Shown: positions 1 through 8,380 of the stretch, piece by piece
Position numbering within the stretch: position 1 is the first letter of the stretch
Layout of the letters: each line of letters opens with the position of its first letter
Assembly (NCBI GenBank): GCA_046565785.1
Contig: JBKHXZ010000187.1
Location: forward strand, 1 to 42,176
Length of the DNA stretch: 42,176 nt
Origin: Acidimicrobiia bacterium
Lineage (GTDB): Bacteria; Actinomycetota; Acidimicrobiia; Spongiisociales; ZC4RG35
Reading direction: 5' to 3'
Program-made: the position numbers and the translations under genes
The notes under the pieces: generated by a model
Seen by the model: the letters and a program-made list of their open reading frames with translations, nothing else
What the model was told of the DNA's origin: nothing
Database searches by the model: none

Positions 1-660
1 ACGACCGTGCACGAGGGAGAGGTCGTGGTGATCATCGGACCGTCCGGCTCGGGAAAGTCCACGTGGATCCGCTGCATCAATCGGCTCGAAGTCCATCAGG
101 AGGGTCGGATCGTCGTCGACGGGATCGAACTGACCTCGGACGTCAAGAACATCGAGAAGATCCGCTCCGAAGTGGGGATGGTGTTCCAGCAGTTCAACCT
201 CTTCCCGAACCTGACAGTCCTGCAGAACATCACGCTCGCCCAGACGTGGGTGCGTAAGCGGACCAAGCGGGAAGCCGAGGAAAAGGCCATGTCCCTGCTG
301 GAACGAGTGGGGATCCAGGAACAGGCGGCCAAGTATCCGGGTCAGCTATCCGGCGGACAACAGCAGCGGGTGGCGCTGGCGCGGTCCCTGGCGATGGATC
401 CCCGGATCATGCTGTTCGACGAACCGACATCCGCGTTGGATCCGGAAATGATCAAAGAAGTACTGGACGCCATGAAGGAGCTGGCACGGTCGGGTATGAC
501 CATGTTGGTGGTCACCCATGAGATGGGATTCGCCCGGGAGGTGGCCGACCGGGTGATCTTCATGGATCAGGGCCAGATCGTCGAAGAGGGGACACCCGAG
601 CACTTCTTCACCAACCCCCAGCACGACCGCACCAAACTCTTCCTCTCCCAGATCCTCTAG
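1..660 (+). CDS. Polar amino-acid ABC transporter ATP-binding protein (GlnQ-like), 5'-truncated by window edge
   Basis: Walker [10 protein letters not shown]-loop VFQQFNLF, signature [10 protein letters not shown], Walker [21 protein letters not shown]-terminal [10 protein letters not shown]. Confidence 0.95.
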   Translation, partial: TTVHEGEVVVIIGPSGSGKSTWIRCINRLEVHQEGRIVVDGIELTSDVKNIEKIRSEVGMVFQQFNLFPNLTVLQNITLAQTWVRKRTKREAEEKAMSLLERVGIQEQAAKYPGQLSGGQQQRVALARSLAMDPRIMLFDEPTSALDPEMIKEVLDAMKELARSGMTMLVVTHEMGFAREVADRVIFMDQGQIVEEGTPEHFFTNPQHDRTKLFLSQIL

Positions 661-665
661 TCCGC

Positions 666-715
666 AACCCTGGGTTCTGCACCTTGTAGAGCGCGGTTTC
701 GGCGCACCAGTTCAG
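666..715. repeat. REP-like element family A, single arm
   Basis: aaccctgggtt-ctg-caccttgtagagcgcgg (666-696) matches 37579-37609 at 28/31; the following gcaccagtt matches the other arm of the 37576-37700 palindrome. Confidence 0.75.
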
Positions 716-723
716 AGGGTGGG

Positions 724-768
724 CCCGCGGCGGCCGGTCCCGCCCCACGAGGGAGCGGCCACCGCGGG
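724..768. terminator. GC-rich stem-loop (18-bp stem, 9-nt loop)
   Basis: cccgcggcggccggtccc (724-741) / gggagcggccaccgcggg (751-768), 16/18 complementary. Confidence 0.65.
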
Positions 769-791
769 TTGCGGAGGACCCACGCCGCTCG

Positions 792-818
792 TTCGGAGCG
801 GACACGCCCCCGGATTGG
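792..818 (-). promoter_or_regulatory. SigK-type ECF promoter (orphan copy)
   Basis: Minus strand CCAATCC-N15-CCGAA(C), same architecture as 22955-22981, 24499-24525 and 30409-30435. Confidence 0.65.
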
Positions 819-860
819 TTCCCGGGCGGACTTGCCGGTGATTCCTACCCTTGACGGTGC

Positions 861-1934
861 ATGCGTCGTGCAACCCTCGTCGGAATCGTTCTGGTCGGCG
901 GCACCCTGGTCGGAGCGGGTGCCTTCGTGCTTTCTCCGCCGGTCGGCATCGTCGACGCTGCACTGACCACGACGACCCTGGCGCCGATCGCAGTCGAGAC
1001 CACGGTGCCGCCTACGACCCTTCCACTGCCGTCGAGCACCACCACCACGACGCTTGCCCCTCGACCCGTCGTCATCCACGCCGTGGGAGACGTGAACTTC
1101 GACACTTCGTATGTCCCCAACCTCGCCACCCACGGTTACGAGTACGCCTTCGCCGGTCTCGACGGCCTCTTCGCAGATGACGACCTCACCATCATCAACC
1201 TCGAATGCAGTCCGTCGCTGCTGGGATCGCCCCTTCCCAAGGAGTTCACCTTCCGCTGCGACCCGGCCTCCCTCCCCGTCGCCCGTGCGGCCGGTGTCGA
1301 CGTCGCCAATCTCGCCAACAACCACGGGCAGGACTTCGGTACCCAGGCCATGCTGGACGGATGGGAGAACGTGAACCGCTCCGGGATCCGGGCGGTCGGT
1401 GTGGGCCAGAACCTCCGCATCGCCACCCGTCCGGCCATCCTCGACGTCGGGCCGTGGCGGGTAGCGGTGCTCGGCATGGGCGGGGTGGTCCCGTCGTCTA
1501 CCTGGCTCGCCACCGAAGACTCACCCGGAATGGCCTCCGGCGACGACATCGAACAGATGGTGCAGGCGGTGCGTGCCGCCACCGAGATCGCCGACTACGT
1601 GGCTGTGAGCATCCACTGGATGTGGGAGTTGGAGACCGAGCCCCGCCCGGACGATCGGGAACGGGCCGAAGTCATGATCGCCGCCGGTGCGGACATGATC
1701 TTCGGTCATCACCCGCATCGTCTCGGCGAACTCGAGTTCATCGACGGCAAGCCCGTGTTCTGGACACTCGGCAACTTCATCTGGCCCCGGCTGAGCGACG
1801 CCGGGTCGACCACCGCGGTGGCGCGGGTGGTGATCCATCCCGACGGTCGGTTGGAAGCGTGCATGATTCCCGCCTTCATCGAAACCTCCGGCCAACCCGT
1901 GCTGCGGGGACCGGCACCGTGTGGTGAAGAGTGA
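861..1934 (+). CDS. CapA/PgsA-family metallophosphatase-fold exported protein
   Basis: N-terminal hydrophobic anchor, Thr-rich linker, motifs AVGDVNF, INLE, LANNHGQDFG, SIHW, GHHPH, LGNF. Confidence 0.88.
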   Translation: MRRATLVGIVLVGGTLVGAGAFVLSPPVGIVDAALTTTTLAPIAVETTVPPTTLPLPSSTTTTTLAPRPVVIHAVGDVNFDTSYVPNLATHGYEYAFAGLDGLFADDDLTIINLECSPSLLGSPLPKEFTFRCDPASLPVARAAGVDVANLANNHGQDFGTQAMLDGWENVNRSGIRAVGVGQNLRIATRPAILDVGPWRVAVLGMGGVVPSSTWLATEDSPGMASGDDIEQMVQAVRAATEIADYVAVSIHWMWELETEPRPDDRERAEVMIAAGADMIFGHHPHRLGELEFIDGKPVFWTLGNFIWPRLSDAGSTTAVARVVIHPDGRLEACMIPAFIETSGQPVLRGPAPCGEE

Positions 1935-3465
1935 TGAACCGGCGGCTGATGGCGACGGTGGTCGTCGTTCTCGGAAGCGCCGGCGGAGTCGGAGCCTTCG
2001 CTGTGGTCGGTCCCGCCGAACTGAACATCGACGCCGCATCGACGACGACCACCACGACCACCACCACCACATCCGTTCCGTCCACCACCTCGACGCATCC
2101 CCCCACCACGACCACCACCGTTGCGGTGCGCGCCGAAGGGTCGGTTCCGGCCTGGACGGTGGGAGAACCGTGGGGGACGACTCCGGGGCTGACCATGTTC
2201 CGAGGCAACCCCACCCGCACCTTCTACGGCACCGGGCCGTTGTCCACCACCGCCCCCGACGTGTTGTGGAGCTACCCGGACTCGCCCATGTGCGGGACTT
2301 CGGTGGTCGGAGGCGAGTCGAGCGTGTGGTGCGGTACCGGCTGGACCGGCCAGCCGGCGGTGTGGGACCGTCCCGACGGCGTCACCGAAGTGGTGTTCGG
2401 GGCGTACGACAAGGCAGTGCATTTCGTCGACGCCGAAACCGGGGAGCCCACTCGCGAGCCTTTCGTGACCGGCGACATCATCAAAGGTTCGGTCACCGTC
2501 GACCCCGACGGATATCCGCTCCTGTACACGGGGAGCCGGGACAACAAGCTCCGGATCCTCGCACTCGACCGGGAACCGGTGGTCGAACTGTGGTCGATGG
2601 ACGCCAACGAAGTCCAGGGGATCTGGAACAACGACTGGGACGGCAACCCGGTCGTGGTCGACGACATGCTGTACGTCGGCGGGGAGAATGGGTGGTTCTT
2701 CGCCATCCGGCTGAATCGACAGAGGGTGGCAGGAGAGGTGACCGTCGATCCCGAGGTGGTCTTCGCCATGCCGGGATGGAACGACGAGCTGGTTGCCCGG
2801 GTCGGTCCGAATGTGTCGATCGAGTCGTCGGTCGTCGTGATCGATCGGGTCGTGTACTTCGCCAACTCCGGCGGGCGCATCGTCGGTGTCGACATGGACC
2901 TCGTCGACGCCGGAGTCGAAGATCCCGTCGTGTTCGACTTTTGGGCGGGTGACGACATCGACGCCACCATGGTCGCCGACGCCGACGGGATGCTGTACGT
3001 GGCAGTCGAACTGGAGCGGTTCACCGCCCGCTCCGAGGAGCTGGGTCAGCTCATCTCCCTCGACCCATCCCGACCGGACGACCCGTACCGCTGGGGCGTG
3101 CCGGTGTCCGGAGTGGGAGGATCCGACGGAGGGATCTGGGCGACTCCGCCGTCACCGGAGGCATGGTCTACGTCCCCACCCACACCGGCCGGCTGTTGGC
3201 GGTCGATTCCGCCACTGGAGAACTGGTGTGGGAGGACACTGTTGGTTTCCACGCCTGGTCTTCACCGGCGGTCGTCGAGGGGCGCCTCCTGATAGCCACC
3301 TGTGATCCGCCCGGATTGCGCAGTTACGACCTTTCGGACCCACGCCAACCGCAGCTCGAATGGACGATCCCCGCCGCCGACGGCTGCATCGAATCGACGC
3401 CGGCAGTGTGGAAAGGACGGATCTATGTCGGTAGTCGCGACGGTTTTCTGCGGGCATACGGGTGA
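1934..3465 (+). pseudogene. PQQ-binding-like beta-propeller exported protein, frameshifted near 3147 (real lesion or assembly error)
   Basis: Signal anchor, poly-Thr linker, FRGN motif, repeated SP/TP-xV blade motifs. Adding one G (ACT CCG [G]CC GTC ACC GGA GGC ATG) joins ORF 1931-3292 to ORF 3163-3465, giving IWATPAVTGGMVYVPT...IESTPAVWKGRIYVGSRDG. Confidence 0.8.
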
Positions 3466-3553
3466 CGCCGACTCGTCGTCGGTTCCCACTCCCCTACCCT
3501 TAGGAGAACGCGTCGGTGAAGAACCGGCGCTCCGCGACCCACCGGAGACGCAA

Positions 3554-4450
3554 TTGGCCTACAACGAGCACTTCGAGTTGCTGGAGTCGGTCGAACCGAC
3601 CGTCAAGCAACTCCTGGAGGAGCATCGCGCCCGGCGTAAGCCGTGGTACTTCCACGACCTCATCCCGTGGGAGCTGGGACGCAACTTCAAGACCGAACCG
3701 TGGGACGAATCCCAGGCGACACTCAACGAACGTGCGCGCACGTCCCTCGTCCTCAACCTCCTCACCGAAGACAACCTTCCGTACTACCACGTCACGCTCG
3801 AGCGTTACCTGCCGGAAGGGTCGATATGGCGGGAGTGGAACAACCTGTGGACGGCAGAGGAAGGCCAGCATGCCATCGCCATCCGCAGCTACCTGCTCAC
3901 CAGCCGCAACTGCGATCCGTACGAGCTGGAAGACGACCGGATGGCCACCATGACCGCCGGCTGGGAGCCGCGCTGGGATCATCCGGCAGAACTGTTCGCC
4001 TACACCTCCGCCCAGGAACTGGCGACTCGGGTGTCACACCGCAACGCCGGCAAGATCACCGACGACGAGACCGCCTACGAGCTGATGAAGCACATCGCCT
4101 CGGACGAGAACCATCACTTCCTGTTCTACAAGGGCGTGATGACCAAAATGCTCGAGGACCATCCCGAGGCCGCGCTCGAAGGGATCCTCAACACCTTCAG
4201 CAACTTCCAGATGCCCGGAACCGGCATCCCAGGCTATCTGCGTCGGTCCATCGAGATCGCCCGGGCCGGGGTGTACAACCTGCGGATCCACCACGACAAC
4301 GTGCTGTCGCCGCTCATCACCCAATGGGGTATCGATCGGCTGACCGGGATTTCGACCAGGGCGCAGGAACTGCAGGATCGGATCATGGCGTTACCCGCCG
4401 AGATCATCGCCAAGGCCGAACGCTTCGAAGCGAGGTTCGCCACTACCTGA
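3554..4450 (+). CDS. Acyl-ACP desaturase (DesA-like, ferritin-fold di-iron)
   Basis: LLTEDNLPYY, WTAEEGQH, QELATRVSH, DENHH di-iron motifs, FQMPG; probable TTG start at 3554 after GGAG. Confidence 0.9.
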   Translation: MAYNEHFELLESVEPTVKQLLEEHRARRKPWYFHDLIPWELGRNFKTEPWDESQATLNERARTSLVLNLLTEDNLPYYHVTLERYLPEGSIWREWNNLWTAEEGQHAIAIRSYLLTSRNCDPYELEDDRMATMTAGWEPRWDHPAELFAYTSAQELATRVSHRNAGKITDDETAYELMKHIASDENHHFLFYKGVMTKMLEDHPEAALEGILNTFSNFQMPGTGIPGYLRRSIEIARAGVYNLRIHHDNVLSPLITQWGIDRLTGISTRAQELQDRIMALPAEIIAKAERFEARFATT

Positions 4451-4453
4451 AAC

Positions 4454-5611
4454 TCAGGTCACGGGCGTTCCCAGCCGGCTCCAAGCGTCGTTCTGGGCCA
4501 GGTCGATCACCGTCCACGCCATCGACAGTGCACCGTCGACGATCGCTCGGTCCCCGTCAGGGGTGATCGTGTGGGCGGCGAACTCCGGCTGATGGTTGAC
4601 GTGCGGTGCGGCAGAGATGTCGAGCATCGGATGGATGGTCGGCACCAGGAGCGACACGTTGCCCATGTCGGTCGAACCCGTCCGATCGGGGGGTAGGTCC
4701 CGTCCGCGCAGCATCGGGCGCCCCAACTCTGCGCTGTTGGCCGCGTAGTACTCGACCATCGCCTGATCGCTCTTCATCTCCGTGTAGGTGTGACCGACAT
4801 GCTCGATCTCCACCTGGCAGCCGGTGGCCATGCCCGCCGCCTCGAAGCAGGCGACCACCCGGGGGAAGAGCTCGTCGAGCCGGTCGCTGGTCTGGGCCCG
4901 CACGTACCACGACGAGCGGGTGTAGGCGGGAATGATGTTGGGGGCGTGGCCACCCTCGCGGATCACACCGTGGATCTTGTCGGTGGGGTAGATCGATTGC
5001 CGCAGGGTCGAAACATTCACGTACGCTTGCACGAAGGCGTCCAGGGCGTTGATACCGAGCTGTGGATGCGCCGAGGCATGAGCCTCCTTGCCGTAGAAGT
5101 GGACGTCGATATGGGCCACGGCGATCACGTTGGGATCGACCACGTCTTCGGTGGACGGATGGATCATCATCGCCGCATCCACGCCTTCGAACGCCCCGGC
5201 GCCGATCAAGTCGACCTTTCCGCCGAAATGCTCTTCGGCCGGCGTACCGAGCACCGTGAGACGGATACCGAGGTCTTCGACCAGCGGCGCCAGCGCGGCG
5301 CCGGCTCCGACTGCTGCCGCGGCGATGATGTTGTGCCCGCACGCGTGGCCGACGCCTGGCAATGCGTCGTACTCGGCGCAGATGACGACATGCGGACCGT
5401 CAGAGCCGATCCGGGCGGCGAAGGCGGTCTCGAGGCCATATGCCGGATAGTCGACCTCGAATCCGACCTGACGGAGGAAATCGACGAGTCGGGCACTCGA
5501 CTCGCGTTCCTCGTAGGCGATCTCGGGGTGGTGATACATCCAGTGGCTGAGCTCGGTCAGATGCGACGTCACCGAGTCCAGACCGGCGCTGGCGCGTTCT
5601 TTGGCGTTCAA
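4454..5611 (-). CDS. M20 family amidohydrolase (PM20D2/AbgB-like)
   Basis: HPEIAYEE, AEYDAL, GHACGHN, TPAEE, MMIHP, GSTDMGNV; probable TTG start at 5611 after GGAG. Confidence 0.9.
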   Translation of the reverse strand: MNAKERASAGLDSVTSHLTELSHWMYHHPEIAYEERESSARLVDFLRQVGFEVDYPAYGLETAFAARIGSDGPHVVICAEYDALPGVGHACGHNIIAAAAVGAGAALAPLVEDLGIRLTVLGTPAEEHFGGKVDLIGAGAFEGVDAAMMIHPSTEDVVDPNVIAVAHIDVHFYGKEAHASAHPQLGINALDAFVQAYVNVSTLRQSIYPTDKIHGVIREGGHAPNIIPAYTRSSWYVRAQTSDRLDELFPRVVACFEAAGMATGCQVEIEHVGHTYTEMKSDQAMVEYYAANSAELGRPMLRGRDLPPDRTGSTDMGNVSLLVPTIHPMLDISAAPHVNHQPEFAAHTITPDGDRAIVDGALSMAWTVIDLAQNDAWSRLGTPVT

Positions 5612-5689
5612 CTCGTACTCCGTTGAGGTTGGGCTCGACTCTATTGAGTGGTCGTGGTCGACGCTGGCGGCCGGTACCCTCGGCTTCCC

Positions 5690-6202
5690 ATGCGCCGTGT
5701 CTTTCCAACGCTGCTCGTGCTCATCGTGGCCTGTACCGGGGTAGCCGAACCCACCACGACGACCGAAGTCACGACGACCACCACGACCGAGCCCACAACG
5801 ACCACCACCATTCCGCCGCAATGTGCTCCGCCTCCGTATTCGGTCGAAGCTCTTCCCGAGAAGGTGGAACCGACGATCGTCGACGCCGCCGACCTTCCAC
5901 GGCACGCGTATCTGGAGGTGCCGGGAAGCTCGTCGACGATCTGGGTGGACGGCAACGGTGAGTTGGCCGTTGCGCTGGTGCGGGGAACCCTGCCGTTGGA
6001 GGAGTGGCCGGGGGAGCGGGGTGAAGTTTTCATCGACGGCGCACGAGCAGTGGTCGGTCCGATGGACGACGGGTCCTGGGTGGTGGGGTGGTTCGAACAG
6101 CCGGGAGACCGTTGTGACCTGTTCACGATGGTGTTTTTCCCTCCGATCGAACCAGCAGAGGTCGAAGCCACCCTGTTGTCGATGGACCGCACGGCGGGCT
6201 AG
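5690..6202 (+). CDS. Hypothetical lipoprotein with Thr-rich linker
   Basis: MRRVFPTLLVLIVAC lipobox-like signal, then PTTTTEVTTTTTTEPTTTTT and a small globular domain. Confidence 0.7.
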   Translation: MRRVFPTLLVLIVACTGVAEPTTTTEVTTTTTTEPTTTTTIPPQCAPPPYSVEALPEKVEPTIVDAADLPRHAYLEVPGSSSTIWVDGNGELAVALVRGTLPLEEWPGERGEVFIDGARAVVGPMDDGSWVVGWFEQPGDRCDLFTMVFFPPIEPAEVEATLLSMDRTAG

Positions 6203-6204
6203 CC

Positions 6205-7140
6205 GTGGACGGGCGGCCCTGTTGTGCGCCGTCGGTGTCCCGGCGAGTTGCTGATGCCGCTGTCTCCGCGTCGGTTCGTCCGTCGGAAGGTGGCATGGCA
6301 CGGATCGCCGCCGGCTGCTTCGACATGGGATCGGACGATGCGGATGCCGTTTTCGGCGACGGGGAAGGCCCGGTGCGGACGGTGGAGCTCTCGACGTTTG
6401 CGATCGCTCCCACGACGGTGACCAACCGCCAGTTCGCCGAGTTCGTCGGCGATGCGGGCCATGTCACCGACGCGGAGCGCTTCGGCTGGTCGTTCGTCTT
6501 CGAGGGCTTCGTCGCGCCGGACGCCGAGGTGATCGGATCGGTTTCCACCGCGCCGTGGTGGGCTGCGGTACGAGGGGCATACTGGCGTGCGCCGGAAGGC
6601 CCCGGCTCAGGCGTGGACGATCGCCTCGCTCATCCTGTCGTTCACGTGTCCTGGAACGACGCCGTCGCCTACTGCAACTGGGCCGGGACTCGGCTTCCCA
6701 CGGAGGCGGAGTGGGAGAAGGCGGCCCGCGGGGGGCTGGAGGGGGTTCGCTTCCCGTGGGGCGACGAACTGATGGTCGACGGAGAGCACCAGTGCAACAT
6801 CTGGCAGGGGCGGTTTCCGATCGAGAACACCGGTGAAGACGGCTATCCGGGAACTGCCCCGGCGGATGCCTTCCATCCCAACGGGCTCGGCCTGTTCAAC
6901 ATGTCGGGCAACGTGTGGGAGTGGTGCGCAGACTGGTGGAGCGCCGACTGGCATCGGGCGGCAAGGTCCGAGACTCGGGTCGATCCGCAGGGGCCCCCCA
7001 CGGGGACGGCGAAGGTGATGCGAGGCGGGTCGTACCTCTGCCACGACTCGTACTGCAACCGTTACCGGGTCTCCGCCCGCACCTCCTCCACTGCCGATTC
7101 CTCGACTTCCCACACCGGCTTCCGCCCCGCCACCGACTGA
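6205..7140 (+). CDS. Formylglycine-generating enzyme (SUMF1/FGE family)
   Basis: HPVVHVSWNDA, RLPTEAEWEKAARGG, MSGNVWEW, catalytic RGGSYLCHDSYCNRYRVSAR, TGFR. Confidence 0.92.
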   Translation: MDGRPCCAPSVSRRVADAAVSASVRPSEGGMARIAAGCFDMGSDDADAVFGDGEGPVRTVELSTFAIAPTTVTNRQFAEFVGDAGHVTDAERFGWSFVFEGFVAPDAEVIGSVSTAPWWAAVRGAYWRAPEGPGSGVDDRLAHPVVHVSWNDAVAYCNWAGTRLPTEAEWEKAARGGLEGVRFPWGDELMVDGEHQCNIWQGRFPIENTGEDGYPGTAPADAFHPNGLGLFNMSGNVWEWCADWWSADWHRAARSETRVDPQGPPTGTAKVMRGGSYLCHDSYCNRYRVSARTSSTADSSTSHTGFRPATD

Positions 7141-7215
7141 AAAGGGCCCCGCCAACCCAGGGTTCCCCGGGCCCCGGGAGGGCCCCGCCAGCCCACGGTT
7201 GGGCGAGCCCGACGA
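7141..7215. repeat. 75-bp intergenic repeat (REP-like), copy 1
   Basis: 73/75 identical to 13898-13972; contains the AACCCAGGGTT core. Confidence 0.9.
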
Positions 7216-7266
7216 GTTCGGCTCGCCTGCTCGCCCCGCCGGTGCTCCGTTTCCGACCGCTGTTCG

Positions 7267-7340
7267 CGAAAAAAGGTTTTCCGATCTCGGCGCAAGAAGA
7301 CCCAAAGTCGGGCATCATCCGGTTCGAAAAACGTTTTCCG
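7267..7340. promoter_or_regulatory. Two LacI-type operator candidates
   Basis: cgaaaaacgttttccg (7325-7340, CG-centred palindrome) and the near copy cgaaaaaaggttttccg (7267-7283), directly upstream of the LacI gene. Confidence 0.7.
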
Positions 7341-7351
7341 ACCACCGGACA

Positions 7352-8380
7352 ATGGTGATGAAACAGCGAACGGTGATGAAACAGCGCATCACGATCAGGG
7401 ACGTGGGCCGTGCGGCAGGGGTGTCGGTGGGAACCGTGTCCAAGGCCTTGAACGGAACCGGGAGCGTGGCACCGGACACCGCACAGCGTGTCCTCGCCGC
7501 CGCCGACCGACTCGGATACCGTCCGAGCCGGGCAGCCCAGGGCCTCGTCGGGGGTCGGTCCTTCCAAGTGGGCTATGGGCTGCCGCAGCTGGGCGCTTGG
7601 GGTAACCCGACCCTCAACGCCTTCCTTCACGCCATGGTGGGGGCGGCGGCGGGTCACGGCCTCGAGATTGTGCTCTTCCGGGGGCAGGCTCACGACACGG
7701 CGCCGTACGACGACCTGGTCCGACGGGGCGTCGTCGACGGCTTCGTCGTTTCCGACACCGACTACGAGGACGCCAGAGTCGACCACCTGCTCGACGAGGG
7801 CGTCCCGTTCGTGACGTTCGGTCGAACCGCGGCCAGTGAGCGTCACTTCTGGGTCGACGTCGACGGTGGAGCGGGCACCGCCCAGCTGACGGAGCGCCTC
7901 ATCGAACGCGGCCATTCCCACTTCGGGGTGATCGCCTGGCCCGAGGGTTCCGAATCGGGCGATCTCCGTGTCGACGGCGTATTGCGAACCCTGCGTGCCC
8001 ACGGGCACCGACCCCCTGCTGTGGCTCGGAGCCTGCATGGGGTCGAGTACGGGCGGGAGGCGATGGCCCAGTTGTTGGACAGCCATCCGGACCTGACCGC
8101 TGTCATCGCCGTCGAGGACGAGTTGGCCATCGGCGCCATCCAAGAGGCGCGTTCCCGGCGTCTCGCCGTCGGAGTGGACGTCGACATCGCCGGATTCGAC
8201 GACATACCGTCCGCCGCCATCATCGACCCTCCGCTGACGACGGTGAGGCAACCCTTCGACCAGATCGGCGGCGTCCTCGTCGACATGCTCGCCGAGGCGC
8301 TGTCGGGGGTCGGAACGCCCCGCGGCGAGCTGCTCACCCCGATCGTGATCGAGCGTGCCAGTACCGGAGTGGACCGATGA
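7352..8380 (+). CDS. LacI family transcriptional regulator
   Basis: HTH ITIRDVGRAAGVSVGTVSKALNG, hinge LGYRPSRAAQGL, C-terminal GFDDIP...PPLTTVRQP; start could be 7352, 7358 or 7376. Confidence 0.93.
   Translation: MVMKQRTVMKQRITIRDVGRAAGVSVGTVSKALNGTGSVAPDTAQRVLAAADRLGYRPSRAAQGLVGGRSFQVGYGLPQLGAWGNPTLNAFLHAMVGAAAGHGLEIVLFRGQAHDTAPYDDLVRRGVVDGFVVSDTDYEDARVDHLLDEGVPFVTFGRTAASERHFWVDVDGGAGTAQLTERLIERGHSHFGVIAWPEGSESGDLRVDGVLRTLRAHGHRPPAVARSLHGVEYGREAMAQLLDSHPDLTAVIAVEDELAIGAIQEARSRRLAVGVDVDIAGFDDIPSAAIIDPPLTTVRQPFDQIGGVLVDMLAEALSGVGTPRGELLTPIVIERASTGVDR

Noticed and set aside
861-1934. Poly-gamma-glutamate capsule locus
   Set aside because: Only a CapA-like gene is present; no capB/capC in the window, and stand-alone CapA domains are widespread
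5612-6301. 230-aa N-terminal extension of the M20 ORF; similar extensions on lon (34347), desaturase (3302), fasciclin (23402), LacI (7199) and SBP (10434)
   Set aside because: They overlap neighbouring genes or regulatory DNA; better starts with an RBS or signal peptide lie downstream
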